Shown piece after piece: positions 1 through 14,700 of a DNA stretch of 64,000 nucleotides (position 1 is its first letter; each line of letters starts with the position of its first letter). Source of the DNA: Antedon mediterranea (Eukaryota; Animalia; Echinodermata); NCBI RefSeq assembly GCF_964355755.1, contig NC_092672.1, positions 25,922,437 to 25,986,436 of the forward strand, written 5' to 3'. The notes under the pieces are model-generated. The model was not told where the DNA came from. It searched no databases and saw only the letters and a list, made by a program, of their open reading frames with translations. The translations under genes and the position numbers were made by a program.

Positions 1-329
1 CGTTCAAATAATGTAACGATAACATTCAACTAATAATTTGATATTAACATTCTTAACGTTGTGTGAACATTGTTTGAACGTTAAACTAACGTTATAAAAG
101 GTCTACATTTGAATGTTATTTGAACGTTCTTTCAAACATTAAAAAAACGTAGCAGTAATATTCAACTAACGTTATTTGAACTGTTTGCATTGTTTTCTGG
201 GATATTATTTCCAATGACAACTACTACAAGACCTATTATCTAATTATGACACAAACTGTGAACTTAAAACTTACCAAAATGGTTCATCATTTCAATGGTG
301 AAGATACAATGCTCTATAGTATTTTTGAA

Positions 330-890
330 ACAGCCTCGCGGTTTGAGAGTTCGGAAAAAAGTTTGGAAAATTCGCGTTTTTTGGAAAACTTTGCCTTCAA
401 GTTGGAAGGTATGTCGGAAAACTTTCTTATTATAGAACATTAATAGTGGCCTCAAGTTGAAGTACTTTGGAACAAGTGCCCCATAAATAGACGTAGTTTG
501 GAGAAATTGCGTATTTAGGGAAATAAATATCGCCCTCAAGTTGACGTATTTTTTTAAAGACTCGCGTATTTTTAATTAGTATAGCGCCCTCAAGTTGACG
601 TATTTTGGAAAAATTCTGCGTATTTTGTACTGATAGCGCCACAAACAAATTGGTTTTATTTATTTGTTATTGGATGTATCATCAAGTTTTTTTTTAAATT
701 TTGTATTTTCGAAAATTACTAGTGGTCCCAAATTGACGTATTTTGGAAAATGAATAGCGCCCACGATTTGACGTATTTTGGACAATTCACGTATTTTGGA
801 TAATTTATAGCGTCCTCAAGTTGACGTATTTTGGAAAGACTCACGTTTTTTGGATTAGTAGAACGCCCTCAAGTTGATGTATTTTTGAAA
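330..890. repeat. Degenerate minisatellite, about 37-54 bp units with core GCGCCCTCAAGTTGACGTATTTT
   Basis: Core recurs at about 531, 585, 811 and 864 (53-54 bp spacing), with shorter variants in between. Confidence 0.85.
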
Positions 891-1951
891 AAATGATTTC
901 TACCCATTGAAATATACCCGATCGGACTTTTTTTTGGTGAAATGTTCACCCATCCATAATCCAAGTTCCATTCACTTTACGTTTTGTTTCTAAAATTTAA
1001 AATAACTGATCAATTTGCAGTCAACCTATTATACAGCACCTTTTATAAAGGCTATTACAACAATAACGCAAATTTAACAATTTATAAAGAGGGCCGGGAA
1101 TGCGAATTAACGACTTTAAACTTGATTACAACTCGTCGTTTGAACAATGGTGATTTACATATAGTCTTGGGATGGAAACAATAATAGGAAAAGTATTGCC
1201 TTGATTGAATTCCTACTACTCGAACATCTTTCCCTAGTTTTACTATACTGTACTAAATTAATAAGACAGTAACACCTTTTCAAAAATCCTAATGCAAGTC
1301 TTCAATTGATAATATTTTAGCATAGATGTGGCCCAGGAACCTTCTATTCCTGGTACGCATCTTTATCCTTTTTTTTTGCCTGTTTTGCAAATTTAATGTA
1401 AAAATACTGATGAAATATTAGTATTCAAATAAATTTAAGTTTTCATATCATATGAATCATTTTTCAAACGTGTCGAGTTTACAGTAGGCTGTTATTAACA
1501 ATAAAAAAACGTGTGTGTCTTCATAAGTTCACCTCCATCTCCCAATTCTTCATTGGAATGCTTGTTCATTGTAATAATAATATTATTCTAATAAACATTT
1601 CTCAATTTGTATAGTCCTAGGCATAGGTTTCCTTTGTTGTTTATGTTAGTTTCAATTGTGTATACTTTGTAGACCGGTAAAATATCATTTGCGATTAGTT
1701 TCACAATAATGCAATTAATTACAGCTCAACTAATACTGTAGCTCAGCAATCATCATATTTCGTCATTGGGAATAGTACATGCTGTACTTAACGATACGAT
1801 ATTACTCAAGCCATTCTTCTTTCGATTTTCGTTCGTTACAATACTTGTAATTTACATTTGCATTTTGAACCATCCAGAATACCACGATGAGCATGCGTTA
1901 TCAAAATGTAAAAGGAAGAGGTCTTTATTCTTGTTCTCAAGCTTAATATAT

Positions 1952-2897
1952 GAATATGAATTCCATATAAGGAAACACCAACACTTGGGAAATAGGTTTT
2001 ATACCGGTACTGTATGTGGGTGGATGGAATGCACAGACGATTAAAAAAAACATACAATATGAAAATATTTATACAATTGAGTTTTAAACTTGACATATTA
2101 TTATTTATATTATTATTATTGAAATCATACAAAAGAAAATATTTTTAGGCCTAAAATAAGTAGAATAACAGAAGAGAAATAATTAGTTACCGGTATTGGA
2201 CAGGGCCTATATGTGTATGTTAGTTAGTTAGTGTTAGTTAGTTAACATACACATTGTGTATGTGTTATACTATTCTAAATTACAGTAAAGTTAACGAAAG
2301 AATTTGATTGTGTTAGCGAAAGCATTGTTACCAAGTTGTATTTACACGAATGCATAGAAAATGAGGAAATTCGGATCAGGTCAGCAGTGTAGCGCCTACC
2401 AGATCAGCACACCAGGAGACGATATCCAACTTTTTGACCATGTTCTTTAGCGTGCAATATGTACACAGAACCAATGACTTTACGTCCCATCCGAAGGACG
2501 AGGGAATGACAGTGGTATTATATTAAAGAAGTTTGTTTTGTAAAACAATACAGCTATACACAAGGAAGTGATCCATTCCGAATATGAATTCCATATAAGG
2601 AAACACCAACACTTGGGAAATAGGTTTTATACCGGTACTGTATGTGGGTGGATGGAATGCACAGACGATTAAAAAAAAACATACAATATGAAAATATTTT
2701 TAGGCCTAAAAAAAGTAGAATAACAGAAGAGAAATAAGTAGTTATTGGGCAGGGCCTATATGTGTATTAGTTAGTTAACATACACATTGTGTATGTGTTA
2801 TACTATTCTAAATTACAGTAAAGTTAACGAAAGAATTTTGATTGTGTTAGCGAAAGCATTGTTACCAAGTTGTATTTACACGAATGCATAGAAAATG
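1952..2897. repeat. Local direct duplication: 1952-2363 repeated at 2580-2897 with an internal deletion in copy 2
   Basis: Both copies run from GAATATGAATTCCATATAAGGAAACACC to ACACGAATGCATAGAAAATG. Confidence 0.9.
2440..2510 (+). mobile_element. Deu/Nin-domain SINE fragment
   Basis: GTTCTTTAGCGTGC...TACACAGAACCAATGACTTTACGTCCCATCCGAAGGACG resembles the conserved DeuSINE/Nin core; recognised from memory, not by search. Confidence 0.55.
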
Positions 2898-3485
2898 TTG
2901 TGTTTTCACACACTTTTGTTAATAGTGCATTGAAGGAAGTTATTATACAAGTCATATCACCGGTGATCAGAGATACAACTGAAGCGATTGTTTTATACCT
3001 ATGTGTCGTTAACTCCTATCTATAACTCCATTGTACCCCCGATATAACTTCGATGTAATAATTGAAAGATTGGGATCGGAAACCTTTCGATTTGTCGTAA
3101 AAGAAAATTAGGGACTTTACGAAACACGATGGTTAGGGAAGGACGACGAATATCCGGTCTTCGTAGAGTGTAAACTCTTCATTATCTTTCAAAATTGTCA
3201 TCTTCGAGTTTATTTTGATAATTCCATCATACCAAAAAATTAGAACATGATGTGTGTCCCGTAATTTCACCTATGCTACACTGTATATAGATATACAGTA
3301 TATACTGTACATATTGTATATGGCATATAATAGGCACAACTCAGCACTATGAGTATATAATAGGATGGCATCATCAACATTTTCCGATCGTATGTTAACG
3401 TATATTCATTTCGGTAAAATGATAAAAATGATCACCTATAATTCGTCAAAGTGACGAATTAAATTCTATTTATTAAATTAATATT

Positions 3486-3998
3486 GTGTGTGTGTGTGTC
3501 TGTCTGTAAACAGCCGGGAAGCCACATTTTTTATCCGATTCTCACCAAATTTGGCCACAATGATCTATGCCCCAAAACCTCGGACGAGTTTGCAATTGAA
3601 GGAAAAAGGTCATAGGTCAAGGTCACAACTAACAAAAAAAACTATTTTACTGCCTAGAGACCACAGTTTGTATCCGATTCTCACCAAACTTAGCCAAAAA
3701 GACCAATGACATATAATCGTGGTTAAATTTTGAAGGGTCAGGGTCAAAGATCAAGGTCCACAAAAAAAAATAAGCGGCACTCAGCGGGACTTGAACCAGC
3801 GATCTCAACTGTGAGAGGCTGGATACATAACCATTACACCAAACTCTCATCCACAACTTTGTAGTGTGCAGTTAGCCTATTTACACTTACATCTAATAAT
3901 ACAAAAATTGTTTTAAATATATATATTTCCCGGGGACAATTTATGTAAGGGATTTTTAAAGTAGGCGGAGGTTTGTACTCTCGGAGTACCCTCTAGTT
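3486..3998 (+). mobile_element. Non-autonomous Helentron/DINE-1-like element
   Basis: (TG)n-TCTG microsatellite start, internal AGGTCA-rich repeats, end GGCGGAGGTTTGTACTCTCGGAGTACCCTCTAGTT with a short stem-loop. Confidence 0.55.
3774..3846 (-). mobile_element. tRNA-derived (SINE-head-like) sequence nested in the element above
   Basis: Reverse complement has A box TGGTGTAATGG and B box GGTTCAAGTCC, followed by a T-run; acceptor stem imperfect. Confidence 0.6.
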
Positions 3999-5670
3999 AT
4001 TATATACATTAAATGCACAAAACAAATTCTAAACCGCCCGATGATATACTGAAAAGGATGATTAATTTGAAACGATAAAGATGAGAAAATCTGAGAGGAT
4101 GAAAAACGCCTCTAAGTCCAGATTCGAACCCAGAAGCTTAAAACAGCAAGTATCTAAAAGCTGAATAATATATCTATTGGTAGGCTATATATAAATTCAC
4201 CTATGATGGAAATCTATGTATCGCCTATTTTAAAACCAATGCATTGGAATTTGTCTGATTTGCCTGTTAATAAAGTTTAGAAGTTACATAATAAGTTACT
4301 ATAAGATTTTATCGGTAGTACACTTAGTATTCACGCACTCAGTTTGTTGAAGGTTAGAAATACAATTACAGGTTTCCAATTTGACCCTTCAGCCATTTTA
4401 ATAGTAACTCTGCCTCTGGAAGAAGTTTTTAGTCGTTATTTCTTAATGTACATGGGTGGACAAATATGCCGAGGGAACGAAAAAAAAAATTGAACGAATA
4501 CAATTCCCTCAAAATATAATTATTCTTTCATATCATGTCCATTTACAGGCTCCCTATATCATTTTAAGGAAATTATACAGTGGACCACAGACCTTGCTTC
4601 ATCGTTGTCCTTTTTTCTTGGAAGAATAATGACGTAGTAATAATCAACAGTCATTTGGTGTCAGTAGATAGGTTCCAATGGAAACATAAGAAAATTATAT
4701 TCAAGGAAACGATGATAAAGATGGTGACTTGCACTATGTTGAACACAATGACTCATTCTATGTCATAAACGATTTCCAAGGAAGGCCATTGTAAATGTAA
4801 CTTTGCATTGTACAGTTAGATAAGCAATAACGCATAATTATGTTTCCGGTAATAAGAAACAATTGTTTAAAATACCTAGTTACTGTGTTCTTAAAAAACA
4901 TATTAACTATTTATAATATAATAATAAATACAACAGTTATACATGATACAAATAGGGTTGCTAATTTAACAAAATAAACAGTATTTCTTCATCTCCAGAT
5001 GTTTAAAGATAAACGATTTATCTCCTTTTTGAAACAGTCTGTTACGTGCAATTATACTTTTATTTGGTTTCGTAAACGACAGTCAATACTGAGCTAATTA
5101 CTTTCAATTTAATGTTACATTTTATTTCATTTTATTTCATTTATATTTGTATCCATAAAAATACAATATAAAAAAACGTGGACAAAGAAAAAGAAAACAT
5201 CAAACAAAACCGCTGGACAGTATTCCTAGAAAGCAAACTTAACTACTATCTAGTAGGTCTTCTATTGCACTGATTGTATAAAAACATTTATAATCAAATT
5301 AGTATAAACATTAAAAATGCATATAAATACTATATCAGAATAAATTAAAATATATTGCATTATTATTAACAATCTTACAATCAATTTTAAGCTTATTTAT
5401 ATATTTAAAAAAAAATTTATATATAAGCTTTATATATTATTTTATAAAAAAAAAAAAATGCATGTCATGAGATATGAGTATAATTTACTTGACTAATCAA
5501 ACCCACAGACATGATCGTCATATCACTTGTTACTTTAATGACTTCTATAAAACCGCTATATAATTTGCTTACAGTATCACCCATTATTCTTAGCGGTTAC
5601 GTAACTAAATAGTTATTGGATATCCTACAGAGTAAGAACAACCTGCACAGTTAAGTGACGCCACCCTATC

Positions 5671-5700
5671 ACTTCCTTGTAAATATGTACAGGTATATAT
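5671..5700 (+). promoter_or_regulatory. Putative MMP-A core promoter: ETS-like ACTTCCT plus TATA (CAGGTATATAT)
   Basis: ACTTCC at 5671 and TATATAT at 5694-5700, about 70 bp upstream of ATG 5768; same arrangement upstream of 60418. Confidence 0.45.
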
Positions 5701-5767
5701 ACAGACCGTAAGTATACATTTAACACATTATTTGCAGAATTGCAGACGATCTGTTAGCAGTTTCATA

Positions 5768-8700
5768 ATGAAGGTGGTACTACACATATCGATATTTTTA
5801 ACTTGTGGGTTAATCACACAAGTTTTCACTCAGCCGCGAATGAAAGATTCAGATGTTGTAAGTAAACAAAAAAACTATTATTTTTTCATTATTTTGCCAA
5901 ATATTGCATTCAATTGACGCAGTATCCTATTAGCCGTACAATTATTGTAGGCTCTAAATATCTGTAGATGCTAGGCTTAAATGGTCTTTCACACCTGTTC
6001 CAGCACGGATCCGGTCCGGCGAATCGAATGCCAATGTTTCGTTTTCACGAAGCTCCACGCGGCTATGCGACGAAACATTGACGTTCGATTGGACTTGCCG
6101 ACGCCGGACCGGAACCGTGCCGGAACAGGTGCGAAAGACCCTTAAGACCTGCACATCCGTACTGTCTATCTAATCTCAACATAATAAGTCTTTTATTGTC
6201 TCACCCAAAGACATCACTAAGGCAAGTCAAACTAACTTATGAAAAACTTAAGTTAACTAATTTAATTGCAGAGTACGAAATACAATAAGCCTATGTTAAA
6301 TGTTTTAAAGTGTTATTGAACATAATTTCGTTACGCCTGACAAAATTCCAGTACTATACTTGAAATAAACAAGAGAAGATTCGACAGGGTGTGACTGTGT
6401 GGATTGTGTAAAAAAAGCAAAAACCATTCTAATTAAAATAGATTCTATTTATTCGATTTATTTCTTGTTGCACTCACAATGACTAAAAGAAGAAAAGAAG
6501 AGAGAGAGAGAGTATTAGAAGAAGAGAACCAGAGAACTTATACTGCGTCCCGAAGCGTTAAGCAAAATTTACATTGAAATATGTTCTGAAGTTTGCAATG
6601 TGTTAATCAGCAGCTTTAAAAACTCCACGTACTTCTACGGGTCCGAAAATCCCTTATATCATTCAAATATTAACTTTGTTTAGAATGATGCATGAGAAAT
6701 ATAGTTAGTTCTTAGCTGTGATAATGTTTCTGGCACATCTGTCATATCTCGTTCAGTTTCGTCACTAAACGAAAGCGTTTTCCTTAGTGTGACAAGCTTG
6801 TGATGACAATAGTACCATCTTGTCGCTTGTAAACGATAACATAACTTTTTTTAAAACGTTATGTTATCGTTTAAATTATTAAAATAATTTTGGAAGTATT
6901 CTCCATAAGTTCTTTTGATACGTTCTCTTCATCACCTACATTATGTACACGTAATTCACGTAAACAATATACATCGCACGTTTGTTCGATGTTCGAATTA
7001 ACCGGCCGAATAGACAGATTTACAAAGTTGTATATTTCATATATGGGGGCCATGTTAACTGTAGCTTATTGAATGAAATATTAATATCATGTGGTTGTAG
7101 CATCCTCTTTTCCAATACAGGTGCGTTGGAAAGTCCTTCGCAATCTTCGTGCGTTTGCGGTACATCAATGTGCGCAACCAAACGTAATGCATTATAAATT
7201 TATTTTATTATTTAAATCGCTTGCTATGTGCAATGTCGTGGATTGTCGGAGCCAAATTTGGTATTAACGTAAAACTCAAGCTTTGTTTAAAATACTAATG
7301 TCAAAATTAGCGCGTGAATCGACAGGAATCTAAACTATTTAGGCCTAATGATTTTATTTTAAAAATATGCTTTTTGGCCTATTATTTGGTGACCTTTAAC
7401 CTTAAAATAAAGCAATAATGGAAATTTTGTTTTTACTACCTAATATGGTTAATAACTGATACAAATTTTATGCAATATCAAATCCATTGCTTTTTTCTAG
7501 AAAAAATAACAGTGAAAGACCCCTTCCCTGCAATTTTGGACGTTTTTTGGAAAATAATACATATATATCACTTTAAAAACATTAAACCATGTCATTCCTT
7601 GTCTTAAATGTACGTTTTATGGTAAATTATGATAAAAAGTGAGAAACAATGCACTACCTAAGTAGCTCGCGGCGATCGACCTCTCGTGGACGGTCTTAGG
7701 CCTAGCCTAGCTAGGCTTAGTTTTGTAGGCCTAGCTGGTAAACATCGGTAGCGTACGAACATCGTACGCTACCTATATACCTAGCCTGACGTTGTATAGT
7801 TGCTGTATTAATTGTCTTTCTATTTTTGCCAGACTCCGTTGATACAAATTAGGGAAAACCCAGTATTTTCGCTGAAAATTTAGGAGTCTTCCATTTGTTT
7901 TGGCCTCACGATCGATCGAAAAGTGGGCGAATTACAGGTGAAAAACAAAAATATCAATCCGCGCGCAATGCATTTTGGGATTTATAGCGGGCCGCTATAA
8001 TTATTAGAATCAAATTGTTTTTCACATTTTTAACCGTTTAAAGACGAAAAAAGTTATCGCAATAGGATCATATAGTATTATTTTTACATTAAATATAGTT
8101 TGCGATCTTAAATTAGATCTAAAAAACGTAGGGAATGGGGCTTGAATTTATGAAAACTGTTATTTTTGCTCATTTTAATTGAAATTTAATGGTTTCTCCC
8201 AGTTTTCATGGTTACAAGACACTATTAAAATTTACTAAATATAACATTATTTGGGGATTTATATAATTTAAGTTTTCTTCTTCCTAATAAAATATTAAAA
8301 AGTTAGGATTGCCACATTTACCATTTTGGACTTTTGGCACACTTTGAATTGATTCTGGCCCGATGTGCGTCTATAAATGTTCTGTCTCTGGAACACTGCC
8401 TTTTTGATTGGCCTAGCATTCGTCAATGATTTACTATGGATAAATAATAAAACTAGTTTTTTTTTTAAGTAATGAATGTGTTGTATCTGTAGAATGGAGA
8501 GAATATTTTAAGATGAAAAAATCGAATCTTCTCTTGTTTATTTCAAATACTGACAGTTGTGTACTATTTGTCAAATATCATTATTATTATTTTTAGAATA
8601 GTACAAATGTTCTATTTTGTTTAATCTAGATGTTTGAGAAAAGTTGTTTTGGTTATATATGTTGTTGATGATAAAGTTAATATTGTTATAAGTCTGGTTA

Positions 8701-11700
8701 ATTTTAGTTTTGCAAATGTAAATTACGTTTTTATGAAATACCTAAGGTCACTTTGAGAAAGGCTAGAGTGGCCAATGAGGTATGTGTGATTGGCTAACAA
8801 TATCCGGTGAATAAGAAATTAATAATCGTGGGAATAATACAAAAAAGTTCAATGATATTCCCAATATGTAAGCTAGTTAAGCGGGATTTTGCTAGGACTG
8901 CTTTACCTTTCGGTATTTCTGCTGCACTGGCACGTTTATGCCTATGAACATATCTGCTTTCTGCAAACAGTGCTTAAGCAGCATACAACAGTGTTTATGC
9001 TATATAGCTGCATAACGTGTTTCCGTTAACTGCATAACGTTTTATACCGTTTGAATTTTCTTCTAGCCGTAAACAATGTTTCTTTTAGCTGCATACCCTA
9101 TTACAATATATACTTTCTGATAACGTGTTTATTCTTGTTAGATACACCACGAGTTTTCGTTAGCTGCATATAGTTTCTGTTAGCTACATAACGTGTTTCT
9201 AGCTGCTAGCTGCATAACACCTGATTTCTACAATTGTATAAAAACAGTTACATTCGATTCGAGGTAAACACTATTATATCCATACTTCTTGGATAACATG
9301 TTTTCCATTATGATTTTTTTAGAACTATATGGTAAAATATGGTTATATGGAAGCTGCAGAAAAGGGTAAAAAACATACCGATGAGGAGATGCGGCTAGGT
9401 CTTATGCGTTTCCAGGAGTTTAATGGAATGGACATGACAGGTAAAATGTCTGAGGCCATGACCAGTAAGATGGAGAAACAAAGATGTGGTATGAAAGATA
9501 TGAACTTAGATGTACCATCAGACCATCCCCGAGCTAAACGTTATACAACTGTGGGCACCCGCTGGTACAAGAACGATTTAACATACAAGTACGTTTTATT
9601 TTCACAATGTTCATTACTGCCTGTAGGCCTTCATAAGTAGGTCTACCTGATCAAAAAACATTTAATACTATTCCACAAGAAAAATGTTATACTATTCCGC
9701 TTGTAGAACAGTCGCAGTAAATTAGCAACCGAAGTGCAGGCAGGCCTACGTGTTGATTGGCTGCCTAGGCATGGCGTAAATCTGACCGAGAACAATAAAA
9801 CTGCTAACTATCCAAATTTACTTCGCATTTTTAGTAAATTATAAATTAAATCATTCTTAACTCAATACAAAAAAGTGATAAAATAGATCTAAAAACATTT
9901 TTGTTCGAAAAATGTTACGAATATGAAATGGGGATCAGCTCAAAAAGTTTGGCTCAAAGGCTCAAAACAATGTTTTCGTTATTGTGTGTTCGTAAAGGCC
10001 AAGTCAGACAACGTCGTACGACAAGGCCAGACGAAACGTCTTAAATCGTCGGTGCTGTCTGAGTTGAATCCCGACGAGACGAGTTGCCATGACTTAGCGT
10101 CGGGCTTTGTATTAGGTCGACGCGAGAACTGTAAAAATGTTTAATTTTTTCCCAGCGAGACGACTCATCGGGCCTCTTCGTACGACGCTGTCTGAGTTGG
10201 CCTCTAGGTTGTGAAACGTCTCTAATGTTTTACTCTGATTTAATAGCATACTATTGGAGAACCAAGCTCCACAAATAACAAAAAAGAATAGTATATCTTT
10301 TACATCTTGATTTCTAATATTGTTTAAAAGTTGAATGAAGAGAATAATATTCAAATGAGATAAAATATTGACTTTGACGTCGAAATTTATAAATTCTTTA
10401 AAAAAAAAATTAAAATACTCCCCCCATTTAAAAAATATAAACATTCTTTTGTTTTATAACACACCTACTGTTCTAGAGGAAACGTATTAAGTGTTGAAGG
10501 TAAGCCATGTAAAAACGTGGCACTCTAATTTTAACCGCAGGGGTAGATCAGTTATAGATGGTCCACTTTACCTCTTCTCCGTGGCGTTATTAACAACAGC
10601 TACATACCTCATCTTAACTAACTTCACGGAGCCAAGTCCAGTTACGCTTGAATGATTTTGCCCTTATTTCAAGATATTTACCAATTATTTCTTGTTTTTT
10701 ATGTAAATTGTATTGCTAATATAAAAACAAGCTATTTAGCTACTCTCTGCTCTTTGACTAAAAGCGCATGAATTATTTAGGGTGAAATAAACGTAAAAAA
10801 TAGCCAAAAGTAGAGTGTTTTTCGGAAATGAATTGATTTAGAAATCAAGTGCTGACTTTATTTCAAGAAATGGTTTAAAAATCAAAAGATTGTCATCAAA
10901 CAGTTTAAAATCTAAAAAGGACCCAAGGGTTTAACTTTTAAAACGTAAACGGTACTTGGACATCTCTTTTTAACTCCATTCATTAATATAACGAACGCCG
11001 TACGTGTGAACATCTGAGCATTTTAATCCGTGGATTACCTTACCGCTTGCGTAAGCCACGCCATTCTTACGCCGTATGTGTGAACCGGTACAGCTGTTTA
11101 AACATTAAGGCGTTATTTCCACTCGTAACCATTTTGTTTACCTCACGAGTGGGGCATTTTTTAATCTACGAAGATCATTGTTTTTTTATCGCGATTCTAC
11201 GAGAAGTACGGTATTGTTTTTTGATCGTGAACACAGTGCTCCCATGCGCTCCCACGAGCTCCCGCGAAAGTATTGCTTTTTTGATCACACTCTGACGAAG
11301 GTGTTTTTTTTGGTGAAAATTCTATTAATCGTGTCATGGTACGGTGTAGATAGTAGTTTAGGAATACAAAGCACAGCCACATTCGATATCGAATTTGGTC
11401 GTTAACACGGGCTAGGTCCTATGTTCCTTTTTGGATCTTATTAATTACTAAATAATCTTCTTTTCTCTAGGTATAAAAATTTCACACCAGATCTGAGCAG
11501 AGAAGACGTAAGAAAGGCTTTACAAGATGCATTTGGAGTTTGGAGTAAAGCATCACCTTTGACATTTACAGAAGTTGACCCTAGCATGCCAGCAGACATT
11601 ATAATATTGTTTCAGGCCGGTGAACATGGTGACGGGAGTAGTTTTGATGGACCAAATAACGTTTTGGCGCATGCGTACTTTCCAGGGCCTGGTATAGGCG

Positions 11701-14700
11701 GTGATGCTCACTTCGATGAAGCTGAGTACTTTACAAAGGACGGCAAAAGTAAGACTTATGGTTAATAATATGCTATTATTATTATTATTATTATTGTTAT
11801 TGTTATTATTATTATTATGAGAAAGAATATCCCGCTTAATGTATAATAATAGAGTGAGCCCACATATTAATTCTTCTCCGGCACGCTGAAAGCTCTCTCT
11901 ACTTAGTCAAATAAAATACAACACGCCACTTACTGTATTCTAACGCCTTGACTGTTCACTGCTGTTGAGGTTCTTTATGTATAATTATGTTGAGTCGCAT
12001 TTTACTTATTTACCCTGATTGCTAATTTACTGTGTTTTTTTTTAGGAGGAATCGATTTATTCCAGGTGGCTGCGCATGAGTTTGGTCATTCCGTGGGTCT
12101 CGGTCATTCCAATGACAACCAGGCATTAATGGCGCCCTACTATGATGGCTATGTTTCAAATTTCGTACTACATTCTGATGACGTTGCGGGAATACAGTCT
12201 ATATATGGTAAATGACTTTTTTAAACTCCTACCCTCGTCGCCGTTCGCTAATTTACTTGCTATAGGCCTACTTACTTAAATTGTGAGTGCACGTTTTATG
12301 TTTGATTAGGCCTACTGTATGTCTAATCTACGATGTTTTCTTCTTTTTTTTAAATTTGATTTCCGCCTAAATTCAAATTATAAATACATTAAAAGAAGAT
12401 TTTGTTTTATAATAAACAATGTAAAATCTGAATTAAACATTTAATCATTAATTTTTGTTTTCACTCCTGAATAATAAACAATATAAAGAAAACATAAGTC
12501 TGATCATATGGGCTTCTTATTTTAAGATATAGTTTGTATTAGGGTAGTTGACTATAGTTATAAATATAACTTTGGATAGACTACACATTATTACAAATAT
12601 GTCTTACAATACAGTACACAGGGTCATGATTATAAAACCTACCCTCAACTTGAAAGACTAAACCGTTTATAGATATATAATAATGACTTTAAAAATTTCT
12701 CTTGTAATGACTGATAAAAATACACATGCGTAATAACGGGTGTCGTTTCGAAACATTTGTAATTATTTGTAAATTTTATCTTCAAGGTACCCCTGAAACC
12801 CCCGATCCTCAGGAGCCTGTTTACCCACCAGTTGACCCTGACTTTTGCACATCTAACATCGATGTAGCATTATACGATGGAACTGGAGCTTATTTGTTTC
12901 AAGTGAGTAATTATGTTTTATAAACTTTTTCTATGCTATACTTAATGTCTGACTTATATGACTCAACAAAAGACTGAACTTTAGTTGTAGGGTAAAAATT
13001 TGCCTTTTGATGACAATTAAATATCAAGAAAATGTTTTTTCTTTGTAAATGGTTATGATTCCAAGTACACTATTTTTTAGCGAGTGATTTATCTCTTATT
13101 GAGAACTGAACCACAACTAAACTTTAGATCTTCTAAAAAACTGCACTGATGAGTTTCGAACGCGGTCGTAATGCCTAAAACTAAACATTTACCTAACCAG
13201 TCTAGGTTTGAGACGGAAAGTCGGCTACAGTCTAGTACCTGTACAATTATACATGGGTTGTAATGTCGCATTGTCTTTATTAGTATTTCTCTACAAAATG
13301 TCGGTATTTTTGTCCGTAAATAGTGTATATATGTAGGGCACGCCATGTGTGCCAAAATCTTGTTTTCGATATTAAGCCGAATTGCCACCTTGAACTAATG
13401 AATCAAACGTACGCTGGTGGCACTCACAAAGTTATACTAATAGCATAAAAAGAAACATCGTTAGGAAATCAATAAGAAGACATAAGCTAGTTCTTTATAA
13501 TTCTAGGGTAAACAAGTTACTTTTATTACGATGCTTGGAACTGTACCCCCTGAAACTGAATACCCAAAATTAATATCAGAAGAATTTCAAGGCTTACCGG
13601 ACGATCTAGATGCAGCGTATTACAATTTTCGACGAAATACTTATGTATTTTTCAAAGGTAATTTTACCTATTTTTGACTATATTTTATTTCCAAATTATT
13701 TTATTATGAGTGTTAAATTTGTTCTGTGTTTTATCATAACTTAAATCTTAACGTTCTTTTTTATCTTGATGATTTTGAATGAGAGACGTACGTTTAATAT
13801 AACTAATAGAAAAAAAATAGCTTTTGATTTCATTTTTCTTTTATTTCTTTCAGGCAACTTGTATTGGCAATACGACCAAAATAAGGTTCTTCAATCCGGG
13901 TTTCCAAAAAACATTGGAGAATTTGACGTAAATCTCCCAAGAGATTTAGATGCAGCTGTATCGTGGAACTCGGGGTATACATTTTTCTTCAAGGGAGATC
14001 GGTATTGGCTATATAACGAATATTATGAAAGTTTTTTTGAGGTCCAACAAAACATCAATAGATGGGGTGGCATCCCAGGTAATCTGAACGCAGCATTACG
14101 ATGGAGAGATGGTAAGAATTCTTTTAAGATATTGAAAACACCAAAAGAACGTTTACATTTATAAAAATAGTTTATAAAAGACGTTTGCTAATAACTCATG
14201 CCAACCTTATTCGATCCGAAACTGACCGTGGTAATACTATGTACAGCGCTTAGAACTTAGAACTCACACAATAAGCCGCTGTATAAATCTAAAATATTAT
14301 TATTATTATTAGTATATTCGATGAGAAGGTTTGTAGAAAAATATAATCTTGTGATCTCAATAATCCATATGTACTTTTAAAATATTTCTTGATGCTATAT
14401 TTGGAATTTTGACTGATCACTGATATGCAAATGGAGATCTATATCTTTTACTTGAAGAGAAATAAAATTATCTAATTTCATAATTGTGTTTGTTATCAAA
14501 ATCGACCATCGCTATGTTATTGCCGTTTTATTATGTATCCCATTCTGTATGGAATGGGCTAAATGATTTAACTCACATTATGCACTACCTCATTATATAC
14601 GATTCGTCTATCTTGAAACAGTCGGTTCTTAAAACCCATTTTTGTATTGCAAGCGTTGTGAGAGATTTTGCTACTCAAAATATTAAGATTATTATTATAT

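Noticed and set aside
246-648. Short overlapping ORFs at the window start
   Set aside because: Products of the minisatellite with no recognisable domain.
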